Below are positions 1-11,136 of a DNA stretch of 64,000 nucleotides, piece by piece. Where the stretch lies: NCBI GenBank assembly GCA_964016885.1, contig OZ024746.1, positions 36,332,001 to 36,396,000 on the forward strand, given 5' to 3'. The first letter of the stretch is position 1. Each line of letters starts with the position of its first letter. A program made the position numbers and the translations under genes. The notes below the pieces were generated by a model, which was given only the letters and a program-made list of their open reading frames with translations, made no database searches and had not been told where the DNA came from. The stretch is from Eledone cirrhosa. Its lineage: Eukaryota.

Positions 1-34
<34 letters not shown>

Positions 35-37
<3 letters not shown>

Positions 38-891
38 TCATTTAATTTATTGATTTATTGATATTTTATTTGAGTGACCCGAATCTTCCTGGTCGTTCTT
101 TTTCGGCTGTACGCGTGATTTTAGGCATGACCTCTATGTGTTGGTATTTTAACGATAGTTATAGCTCTGATTTATTCAGATTATTGAGCCCTCTGCCACA
201 CATATCGGATAATGTTTATCGTTAATTCGTAAGCTGTTTTTTCCGATTCTCGATTATTCTACTATATTTAGCTCTAGACCTTAGCTATTGACCAGTTAAT
301 TTTATTGATTATTTTTTGTCGATCTTATTGACTGATGAATAGCTCCTGTTTATTTTAACACGTCTGTTGAGCACTCTGATTCGATATGTGATATTTTGTA
401 TCCTTACATGATTTGCACATCACCGACATTTTTCGCTAATGTAGAGGTTATCTCCCTTGCTGGGTACCATGTGCGTTTCTGGCTAAGGGTCTTCTATTCA
501 TTGTCGGACGGAATTCCCGTTGAGAAAGCTCTTCCTCGTCCCCCCTTCTCTAGAAGTCTGATATATTTTTTATGTGGGCTGATAGTGATTGGAATAAGGA
601 ATTGCAGAAACCCAAGAAGCTAGATTTAACTTCCTTCTAGCGGGTCCGGGTGAGTTTTTTACATTCATATAATTTTTTGATTTATTGATATTTTATTTGA
701 GTGACCCGAATCTTCCTGGTCGTTCTTTTTTGGCTGTACGGGTGATTTTAGGCATGACCTCTATGTGTTGGTATTTTAACGATAGTTATAGCTCTGATTT
801 ATCCAAATTATTGAGCCCTCTGCCACACACATCGGATATTGTTTATCGTTAATTCGTAAGCTGTTTTTCCGATCCTCGATTATTCTACTAT
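35..891 (+). repeat. 627-bp-period partial tandem repeat (about 1.4 units) between (TA)n tracts; hammerhead-bearing retrozyme/Penelope-pLTR-like family A
   Basis: Segment 35-268 recurs at about 663-891 (TGAGTGACCC at 71 and 698). Flanked by (TA)n. A diverged partial copy lies at 15034-15296. Confidence 0.85.
516..650 (+). ncRNA. Putative type I hammerhead ribozyme, U3-A8 core variant (family A)
   Basis: CCCG-TTGAGAA-(long stem II, A/GC...GC/A)-GAAA-CCC...GCTAGA/TCTAGC...GGG-TC-CGGG. Stem I is CCCG/CGGG, stem III is ACCC/GGGT, and the GUC triplet ends at 646. Confidence 0.6.
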
Positions 892-898
892 ATATGTT

Positions 899-954
<56 letters not shown>

Positions 955-1001
955 GGAGAGTATTGAAGTTTGCTTGAAGCATTGTGGAATAATAAGATAT
1001 C

Positions 1002-1206
1002 TTTTCTTTAGGTCGTTTTCGAAGCCTTATCAATGCAGATGGGTAATTCTCCGGTAACAAGATCCGGTGGTGAAGAGAGATATATAAGTGAATGTAGAAT
1101 GGATCTCATTCTACATTCACTTACATCTCTCTCTTCACCACCGGATCTTGTTACCGGAGAATTAACCATCTGCATTGTTGAGGCTTCCAAAACGACGTAA
1201 AGAAAA
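1002..1206. repeat. Near-perfect 205-bp palindrome (about 100-bp arms, 5-nt loop GATCT)
   Basis: 1002-1101 is the reverse complement of 1107-1206 with few mismatches. Lies between TA-rich tracts. Confidence 0.95.
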
Positions 1207-1223
1207 TTTATATTTATATATAT

Positions 1224-1254
<31 letters not shown>

Positions 1255-1487
1255 AATGAAAGTTAGAGTTAATAACTCTTACTTAAACCCTGTAATCAGT
1301 AAGCTCAAAGTATAAATACCGAGCATTATAATAATAATATATATGTAGTAAGAAAGACAGTAAATCGTGTGTCTAATATTAATAGGGTTGAAAGACCACA
1401 TTTGTTTGAAATATTTAACCATGAAGCAGACAGAATTGTAAAATAAAATAAAATTATATTATACAAACCGCCTCAATAACAATTATA

Positions 1488-1562
1488 TCTCTCGGACAGA
1501 TTAATCTGTTTCGCCCTGAGTGTGTTTGCAACAGATAATCCATGGGCATCATCAGCGAGAGA
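1488..1562 (-). ncRNA. Type I hammerhead ribozyme, canonical core
   Basis: Minus strand reads TCTCTCG-CTGATGA-T-GCCC(27 nt)GGGC-GAAA-CAGATTAATCTG-TC-CGAGAGA: 7-bp stem I, 4-bp stem II, palindromic stem III, GUC triplet. Confidence 0.92.
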
Positions 1563-1959
1563 ATCTGATTAAATGCGACAAACACCTAGTACCAACGTTC
1601 ACACAGAAAAAATTAATTCATCACCTCGTGTGCCGTAAGTCAAAAGTGGTATGAGTGTATTGGGTAGAAAGAACAGTCCAACTCACGCAAATTAATAAGC
1701 TCACCTCTTGAGGGAGCCGACATATAAATGAAAGTTAGAGTTATTAACTCTTACGGAAACCCTGTAATCAGTAAGCTCAAAGTATAAATACCGAGCATTA
1801 TAATAATAATATATATGTAGTAAGAAAGACAGTAAATCGTGTGTCTAATATTACTAGGGTTGAAAGACCACATTTGTTTGAAATATTTAACCATGAAGCA
1901 GACAGAATGATAAAATAAAATAAAATTATATTATACAAACCGCCTCAATAACAATTATA

Positions 1960-2034
1960 TCTCTCGGAGAGATTAATCTGTTTCGCCCTGAGTGTGTTTG
2001 CAACAGATATTCCATGGGCGTCATCAGCGAGAGA
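1960..2034 (-). ncRNA. Type I hammerhead ribozyme, second unit (G16.2>C substitution)
   Basis: Same fold as 1488-1562, but the triplet is CUC, which breaks the 15.2-16.2 pair. Confidence 0.8.
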
Positions 2035-2971
2035 ATCTGATTAAATGCGACAAACACCTAGTACCAACGTTCAAACAGAAAAATGAATTCATCACCTCGT
2101 GTGCAGTAAGTCAGAAGTGCTATGAGTGTATTGGTTAGAAACAACAGTCCAAGACACGCAACTTAATAAGCTCACCTCTTGAGGTGAGCCGAAATATAAA
2201 TGAAAGTTAGAGTTAATAACTATTACTGAAACCCTGTAATCAGTAAGCTCAAAGTATAAATACCGAGCATTATAATAATAATATATATGTAGTAAGAAAC
2301 ACAGTAAATCGTGTGTCATATATTACTAGGGTTGAAAGACCACATTTGTTTGAAATATTATATATATATATATACCTTCTCACAAGAACACCAAATATTT
2401 TCGAAAATAAATTTTTTTATCATGTCATTTTGCGTTTTAGCATTTTTAGCGTTTTTTTCATATCCTTATACAAAAAGATATTAATTTCCATATATAAATG
2501 TATTTATATATATATACCGATGAAGTGAGAAAGAGTGAGAAAGAAAGAGGCTTCTGTGAATAAATATTAGTGACATATTCTTGCCATTCATCTCCAGAAG
2601 TTCCAGTTATCAGCATCGACTTCACGGAGAATATATTATCTCTTGGTACAATGAACATGTATTATTGTCCAAGGCTCGATATCGACACTCGTATTACGAT
2701 GGTAATCGATAGAAGTAAACTGCACTAAAGAACATTTGTGTGAAATGAAACATTCATTTAAAGAGTGTTTCTGACATACCATTTTACAGTGAATCTACGT
2801 GAGAATTACTTTAAAAAGACACGCGACTAGAATTTACAACCTTTTTCTATAAGTCTATTTAATTGATCAAATTGTTGGGATGTTGATTCGGAAAAATGGT
2901 GAGGTATTTTATTTATATTTGTTCGTATATTTTATATATATACAGGAAAAGCTTTCATTATTTAATCTTCA

Positions 2972-3090
2972 CTGAGTTCAAATCCCGCCAAGGTTAACTT
3001 TGCCTTACATCCTTACGGGTTCGATAAAATAAAGTACCAGTAATGTACTGGATTATTATTGCTGGCGTTGTGCCAAAAGTAGAAACAATT
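2972..3090 (+). mobile_element. tRNA-derived Meta-domain SINE, 5' truncated
   Basis: B box GAGTTCAAATCC, then GCCTTACATCCTTACGGGTTCGATAAAATAAAGTACCAG and tail GTAGAAACAATT. Confidence 0.85.
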
Positions 3091-3120
3091 GTTTAATCTT
3101 CACGCAAACCATGCACTGCT

Positions 3121-3156
<36 letters not shown>

Positions 3157-4748
3157 TGTGGTTGGGGGTGGGGGTGAGTGTGCCTGGACAAGTGCGAATG
3201 TGTGTGTGTGTGTGCGTGGTGGGGGTGTGAGTGTGTATGCCAGATCAACGAGGGCGTTGTTATCTGATGATATGAATTAGCATTTGTTTATGTTTCGTAA
3301 TTGCCATGCATGCTTTGCTAAATGCCACTTTTCGAATTCAACACAACATCTGTGAATCATTCAGCTACAAGGTTAATTTAATTATTTTGTATTAAATGAC
3401 ACACTCTAGTTTCCATTCACAATACAACATATAATTCTAGCATTTGCAAATAGAATTTTTCTTAAAATATATACTAAACTTATTTGAAGCTATACTTTTT
3501 CAAGAATCTTCACTCCCTCTCTTCTCCCCATTCACTCTTTCTCATTCTCGCTCTTTCCTCTATAAAATCACTTTTGTATTCATACTTGTTATTAAAGTTC
3601 GAGCAGCATGTATTAGGTAACATTCTCTGTTCTAGACGAGATGTTTTATCATATTTCAAACATGGTGAACAACTATACTCAATGTGTATTGACAGAATAT
3701 CAGGAAAATAGCAGAAATATGATATTCTCTGAGGATTACAATGCTCTATGTATGACTATTTGTGATATATACATACAAACACGTATATATACTTAAATAA
3801 TTGCAGACACATATATAAATATACGCATAAATTTGCTATTTATGTTGGGAGACGTGCGCTAGTAACCGAAGTGTCGGATAAAGTATCTCAATAAATAAGG
3901 AGTATTCGACAAGGACTGCACGAAAATCTGTAAATATATACACATATCTTATTTTAGGGTATGTGAACAAGCCAGAAATACGAATTAACCCATAAAATTA
4001 AAAAGAACAATATATTTAATAGATTTTCGGATCTTAGTTGACCTTCACCAGAAAACATCTTAGGAAATGAGTAACTGGTAGTTATATATAACCATTCGCT
4101 GTTACTGTTATTCTGAAAGAAGCGTACTAATTTTGACATAATTAGCACCCATGTTGGTAATTAATTAAAATATTTCGTGAAAAATATGCTTACTGCTGAA
4201 GTGTAACTTTATATCTGTATAAACACGGCATAATAACAGAGACTGTACTGATGTATATCAATATATACACGTATCTAATTTAGAGGTATACAAACATAAT
4301 GTCTAGTAAATATGGCCCTATAGGCGGAAATAAACTCACAGGATGACGGACGAGTGGTGGAACATCAAATTTAAATAACCAGGCACCACTCATAGAAAAG
4401 CTCAGAAATGCCGTGTGAGATCTTGATGAAATAATTTACATTTTTCTCGTTTATATCTTTTAATTGTTTGTGAGCAATATATAAATTTCGTACATAAGGC
4501 TTATTTCATAGCAAAATAGTAAGTTTCGCTGATATTTGTCATATATCTAATTAGACACACTAGTAATTAGAGGGCACCGACTCTCAACTATATTTACTCT
4601 ATAGTATCCCAAGGATCGAATACCCTGCTGAATAATTGTCTTACTAGTGTAAGACTGAAATAACCATGTCTCCTTCTCACTCGCTCTATGTCTCTATCTC
4701 TCTCTCCCACTTAATCTCTCTATATCTCCCCTCTCTCTCTCTCTCTGT

Positions 4749-4814
<66 letters not shown>

Positions 4815-4924
4815 GAATCAGTATTGATTCAGTTTGAATCTGGAAGTGGCTGTTCAAGCTGCAAGGGCTCAGCTGTTGGGTTCTGAATCTTTATAACATA
4901 AATATAGAATATTAGTCTACGACT

Positions 4925-5190
4925 TCATTTATACCATAAACGTGGTTTGCATTTGCGTGTAATTGTTTTCACTGGTCCAAATAATTACGTATTATCTTCG
5001 ATTTTTTCCGTTCTTTGCCAGGGAACGTTTCCACAAACCAAACTATCGTATTCCTGTCTTCCTTCGGTTGCAACGCTTTTCAAAATATTTATTTCTGCGT
5101 TCACAGATTGATTTTTTTAGTTTCAGAAGATCCCGTTAAGGGTGAAAGCAGCGATTATTTGCTTAAACTTTAAACTGTTATTTTAATAAA
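4925..5190 (+). repeat. Interspersed repeat family E ending in a hammerhead-like fold with CAGAAGA core, then AATAAA
   Basis: Homologous to 13800-14050(-), 44742-44801(+) and 46430-46621(+). Each ends against a microsatellite. Confidence 0.8.
5103..5178 (+). ncRNA. Hammerhead-like RNA, atypical U4>A core (family E)
   Basis: ACAG..AGTTT-CAGAAGA-T-CCC-GTTAA-GGG-T-GAAA-GCA...TGC-TT-AAACT..CTGT. All three stems form. Confidence 0.5.
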
Positions 5191-5193
5191 TTA

Positions 5194-5277
<84 letters not shown>

Positions 5278-5431
5278 GTGTGCGTGTTTGTGCGTGTGTG
5301 TGTATGTGTGTGTGTGTGTGTTATGTGTATGTTTTTGTATGTGTGTTAGTGAGTGCTTGAATTAGAATACGAGGCTGAATTAACGTGTATGTACAGTTGC
5401 TCTTGGGAATCATTAATTATATATATATACA

Positions 5432-5718
<287 letters not shown>

Positions 5719-5729
5719 GAAAAAGTATG

Positions 5730-5826
5730 ACCCCGACGGCAGAGCTCAAGCCGATTCGACGGCTATTTGTGAACTAAATTGGAATTTTTAGCCTGGTGAA
5801 TAAACAGCCGACAATTTCAAGGGGGT
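5730..5826 (-). ncRNA. Degenerate hammerhead (family C, left arm)
   Basis: Reverse complement of 7605-7701 with core changes (TTGAAAT, GAAT). Confidence 0.45.
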
Positions 5827-7604
5827 ATTTCCTTATATGGGAAGATTGTAGTTGTCAACAGGATTGGTTAACATTTGTTGTAAACGCAAATAAGTCTATC
5901 AGGGCATTTGATGGTAGGTAGGGGTGGCTAAACATGCCTGTAGAACAATAGGGGATTGAGTGGAGCGGAGAGGCGTTGAAAGTGATATGTATACAGAGAA
6001 TTTCTAAGGATAGTGAATGAAGTGGAGGAAGGAGGTTATAGAATAGGTAAATCGAATGAGAGTAGGAGACAATAAAAGATAATAGAAAGAAATAAAAAAA
6101 AAATATAAAATTAGATAGTGAGAAATTAATTAAAAAAATCACAATGCTATCTTACAATTACATGTTAATAAGTTGAGAATAGAAACAATTGTAGAAATTG
6201 AGTAGTACCAGTACTGATACAGAATTAAATGGGTTTAACACGTCTGCTATAAGTTGTTAGTAAAACGTGTTCAGCCAATTCTATCTTAAAATTCCAGGAT
6301 TGCGGAAACTGATGCTCCAGAGGCCCGATGGGCGGCATCGGGGTAGGCGAAGGGGAAAAGCAGACGAGGAAGGAAATAGGGGGCGGAAGGAAGTGATAGG
6401 ATGAGACAGGTGGAAGAAGAAGACAAAGAGTAAAAGAAAAGAGATACACGTACCTAGGTAAGCTTGGGTTTCCCCTAACTTATTCGCCAAGTAGGTGGCA
6501 TCAGCCCTTGTCTATTCACCCGGGTCGTTATGGGGTTTGAGGGCGAGGTAAGTCCTACGCAATCTGTGTTTTCCTGCGGGTACCAGTTCCTCTTTCTTGA
6601 TCAGGAATTGGTCCTTCGAAACATCATTTGTAATGTTTCCTCCGATAATAAGTTACACGGATAGCGTCCTCCCGTGTAAGAGTTTGCTTTGGAAAGTAAC
6701 CTAAAATCTCACTTGGAGCTTACTGTCCAAAGCTAACTCTTACACGGGAGGACGCCGTCCGTGAAAATTATGCTCGGATGAAACATTACAAATGCTGTTT
6801 TCGAAGGACCAACTCCTAAACAAGAAAAAGGAACTGGTAACCGCATGCAAACACAGATTGCGTATGACTTACCTCGCCCTCAAACCCCATAACGACCCGG
6901 GTGGGTAGACAAGTACTGATACCCCCCCCCCCCCTACTTGGTGAATATGTTAGGGGAAACCCCGGCTTACCTAAGTAGATGTATCTCTTTTCTTTTCTTT
7001 TCCTCTTTGTCTTCTTCTTCCCCTTGTCTCATCCTATCACTTCCTTCCAGCCCATATTTTCTCACTCGTCTGCTTTTCCCCTTCGCCTACCCTGATGCAG
7101 CCCATCGGGCCTCTATAGCATCAGTTCCCCACCCCTGTAATTTTAAGATAGATTTGGCTTAACACGTTTTACTAACTACTTATAGCCGACGTGTTAAACC
7201 CATTTAATTCTGTATCAGTTCTGGTACTACTCAATTTCTACAGTTTTTTTCTATTCTCAACTTATTAACGTGTAATTTTAAGATAGCATTGTGATTTTTT
7301 TAAATTAATTTCTCACTATCTAATTTTATTATTTTTTTAATTTCTTTCTATTATCTTTTATTTCTCCTACTCTCATTCGATTTACCTATTCTATAACGTC
7401 CCTCCTCCACTTCATTCACTATCCTTAGAATCTGCTTTATACATATCACTTTCAACGCTTCACCGCTCGACTCACTCCACTATAGTTCTACAGGCAAGTT
7501 CAGCCACCCCTACTTCCCACCAAATGTCATGATAGACTTATTTGTGTTTACAACAAATTTTACAACTACAATTTTACAACTACAATCTTCCCATATAAGG
7601 AAGT

Positions 7605-7701
7605 ACCCCTTTGAAAAGTTCGGCTATTTATTCACCAGGCTAAACATTCTAATTTAGTCCAGAAAAAGCCGCCGAAACGGCTTGAGCTTTGCCGTCGGGG
7701 T
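7605..7701 (+). ncRNA. Putative type I hammerhead ribozyme, U3-A8 core variant (family C)
   Basis: ACCCC(T)-TTGAAAA-G-TT-CGGCT...AGCCG-C-C-GAAA-CGGC-TTGAGCTTT-GCCG-TC-GGGGT. GUC ends at 7696. Position is 3' of a GIY-YIG remnant, as expected for Penelope pLTR ribozymes. Confidence 0.75.
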
Positions 7702-8393
7702 CATACTTTTTCCTATTTCCCACTCTACTAACCTAAGTATTGAGTACTCTGGTGCGTTATGGACCATCTGGTTCCTTACCACAATTCCTTTGTTATATAT
7801 TTATATACGTATATTTATATATGTATATTTATATATGTATATTTATATATGTATATTTATATATATGCATCTATATATATATTAAATATACATATAAACA
7901 TATTGATATTTCCTAATTTTTTAACCATTCTAATGAGGCGAAATATCTAGAAATTTTCTAAAGATAAACATCTTGGAACATAACCAGAAATTCAAACATT
8001 TGCTATCGCTTCAATAAATTGACTTTGGTATTTTCATCAATGTGATACAATTCAAATAAAAGATGGTAACTGCTTAATGATGTGAAAATCGCCAGACGAG
8101 ATCGAAGACGTGTTGTCGAAGGAGTTAACCGAAGATGATATTCGACATTTACGCAACTCAATGTCCCATGAATATCACCAAGAAATCGAATTATCTTTGT
8201 AAACAGTTTACTTTAGTAGATGCGTGTTTGCATATATTTATGTCTAAATATATGTCAATGTAGGCATACTTACATAGTCATAACTAAACACACTTACATA
8301 CTCACATATACAAGCACACATATCCCCCATATATATATATATATTTGTATATATATATATATACATACATATATATTTATATACATATATATG

Positions 8394-8424
<31 letters not shown>

Positions 8425-8449
8425 ACGAGGCAGAGAGAGAGGCATAAGA

Positions 8450-8613
<164 letters not shown>

Positions 8614-8779
8614 CATGTGTGTGGTTTTGAATTTGTGTATCATCATTGACAGTATGGTAGTATTGGTTGTACGGTAAAGAAACGCAGATCATTTGGGAAA
8701 TTTTCCATAATTGCAAATGAAGATATTTGTTATGCATATATGTATGTTTGTATGTACGTATGTGTGTATGTACGTATGA

Positions 8780-9418
8780 GTGTGTGTATACATGTATGTA
8801 TGTACGAACTTATAAATATACATTGTGCGATTGTGTGTGTGTGTGATTGCGGGGCTTACGTATATGTGTTGTGCATCTTTTTTTTGCATAAGAAACCTCA
8901 ACTTCACAACTACATATAACATTAAACTACCCCATCAAAATGTATTTACATTATTAAACCTACATTTTTTTTTAGACAAGCTTTATGGAAGTGAATGGTG
9001 ATCACCTTGTTTTAGTTGATTATATCTTCTCATCCTGCTTGAATGCCTGATGTTCTTCGCCTACTGGAGGTCTCGGCACAACCTATATTGATGTATTTTT
9101 TCAGTTCTCAAGTAAATGTTTCATAAGTTTCTAATATTGCTTATGTCCGAAAAAGCAATTGAGCCATTTCAATTGATTATATTTCAGAAATGTCAACCAT
9201 ATAAAATATAATTCAGACGGAATGCCGCTAGAAATAATTTGCTTCATAGAAAACAATATACATTCTACAATATTATTTCTGGTTTATGTCATAAACTGTG
9301 TATACGAATTGACAAAAACATGATGCACATTACATATATGTAAGCCCCGAAAACACACACACAATCGCACACTTTATATTTATACATCCGTACGTACATA
9401 CATGCATACACAGACACC
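8780..9418. repeat. ~100-bp diverged inverted repeat pair (8780-8880 / 9323-9418)
   Basis: GCGGGGCTTACGTATATGTGTTGTGCATC versus GATGCACATTACATATATGTAAGCCCCG, with flanking homology. Confidence 0.75.
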
Positions 9419-9521
9419 GCATGTTATACATGTTCTATAATTTTCAGTAGCAACAAAAGGAAAGTTATTTGATTTTCGTGCTTATTTAATTGCGAAGTCT
9501 AGAAATGAAAAAAATGGAAAC

Positions 9522-9677
9522 ACTTTTGGCACAAGGCTAGCAATTACCCCAGTGCCCTTTTGGAAATTCATGTTATCGACTCCGTAAGGATGAAAAACAA
9601 AGTTCACCTCGGCGGGATAGGAGCTCAAAATGTAAAGGACTATAACTCTTCGCTGCAATGCATGGCGTCTGACGGTC
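9522..9677 (-). mobile_element. tRNA-derived Meta-domain SINE, diverged
   Basis: Reverse complement of the SINE (TTATCGACTCCGTAAGGATGAAA, CCTCGGCGGGAT). Confidence 0.8.
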
Positions 9678-10110
9678 CATAAATGAAACAATGCTATAAC
9701 ACGCCAGAAAAAATTGTGAAATACGGCAACTACAGAAATAACACAATTGAGGTTTGTCGCATTCACTCATTCTGCCTCTCTGACGAGTTTAACAAATGGT
9801 GGATGTTACCACATTCTGTTGGATAGACAGTATTGTAAATGTATTACACCAAGGAAGAGTGGTAGAGAAATGTTGAGAATACCAATTAATATCGGATGGC
9901 ACAACCTAGCGATGGACCAGGCAAACTCCTTCGTTGATATGATTAATTGTAATAGGTAGAGTTCCCAGGATGTCGGAAGTTACTAAATACACACACAAAC
10001 ATACATACACACACATACGCACACACACACACACAACCAAACACACACTAACACACATACACACACAACACACACGCATACATACGTATATTACAAGTTT
10101 TTGTCGCCCT

Positions 10111-10144
<34 letters not shown>

Positions 10145-11093
10145 AGGGCGACAAATTAAAAGTTTATATCTCGCCCTAGCAGAGCTGATACAAAAATGTA
10201 AGTATGCACACGCACACACACACACACACCCACGCCCCCACACACCCACATGCACACCCACACCCACACACACACACACATGTGCACACATATATATATA
10301 CTTACACACATGTGTACGTATGGGTTATATCGAACATTAAGAATAATGTTCGATTCGTTTCAAGCTGCGCCATGCCGGTGACTGATCATCATCTGTGTGT
10401 AATTAAAATACACAGTATCTAAATGCAAATTAAACCCAATGAGTGAGGGCAAAATATAGTAAGAAAACATACTCCAAATACCTGAAAAGGATGTTGAACA
10501 TGATTGTTTTGTATTTATTGTTTTTGCGGACACGTGTTTTTGTGCTTCTGGAACTTATATGATTGAGTGAACGAAATTTGCGAACAAGACTGAGTTAATA
10601 CTATAACATGTTTATACATGAGTGTTTACTTACGTGTTCATTCGAGGATCTCTGTTCTTCTATATATGTATAGAATTAGTAAGAATATTTGGTTTATTTG
10701 TATTTCTATATAACTCTAAATAAAGAGAAGTTTACGTGTGCACGTTTGCGTATGATAATCTATGCAAAAGTTTATAGGATAATATGTTTTGTTGAAAAAT
10801 GTACTTGTATATTCACCTTCTAATGGATTTGTGTGTAAATGCATAGTGTTAGTTCAAACAACCGCAACAAATTCTGGAAAAAGATGCATTATACATTCCT
10901 TTATAATGGTTTCCATAATTCATGGTTTTCAGCTCCCATTATCTTTTTTTAAATGATAAATAAGATGTGGATTCTCACATACATATGCATTGAAACACAC
11001 ACACACAAGTGGAAACGTACATTGACACGCACATACATATGCACAGTACATATATAAGCACATACACACACGCACACGCACATACTCTCACAG

Positions 11094-11136
<43 letters not shown>

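Larger units (their letters stand above)
1251..2358 (-). repeat. 472-bp tandem array (2.35 units) with one hammerhead per unit; non-LTR retrozyme-like family B
   Basis: TATAAATGAAAGTTAGAG begins at 1251, 1723 and 2195. (TA)n on both flanks. No ORF. Confidence 0.95.
5719..7795. mobile_element. Penelope-like element remnant arranged as a 2-kb head-to-head palindrome (GIY-YIG C-terminus + 3' pLTR, family C)
   Basis: 5719-6699 is the reverse complement of 6720-7712, and the right arm has an extra ~83 bp. The inner ends match the GIY-YIG C-terminal region at 17925-18120. Confidence 0.85.

Noticed and set aside
325-395. CTGATGA at 332 as a hammerhead core
   Set aside because: No GAAA or stem I partner downstream. 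The better-supported fold in this unit is 516-650.
985-1040. TTGATAA...GAAA-AGATATCT-TA (minus) as a complete U3-A8 hammerhead
   Set aside because: Stem I and stem II do not pair, and the mirror arm lacks TTGATAA.
1251-2358. CRISPR-like array
   Set aside because: Whole 472-bp units repeat with no unique spacers, and the context is eukaryotic.
8090-8205. Coding-looking stretch PDEIEDVLSKELTEDDIRHL
   Set aside because: Stops on both sides, no convincing splice acceptor, no recognisable family.
9790-9960. Possible old RTE 3' remnant (GWHNLAMD)
   Set aside because: Only one weak motif; insufficient without a search.
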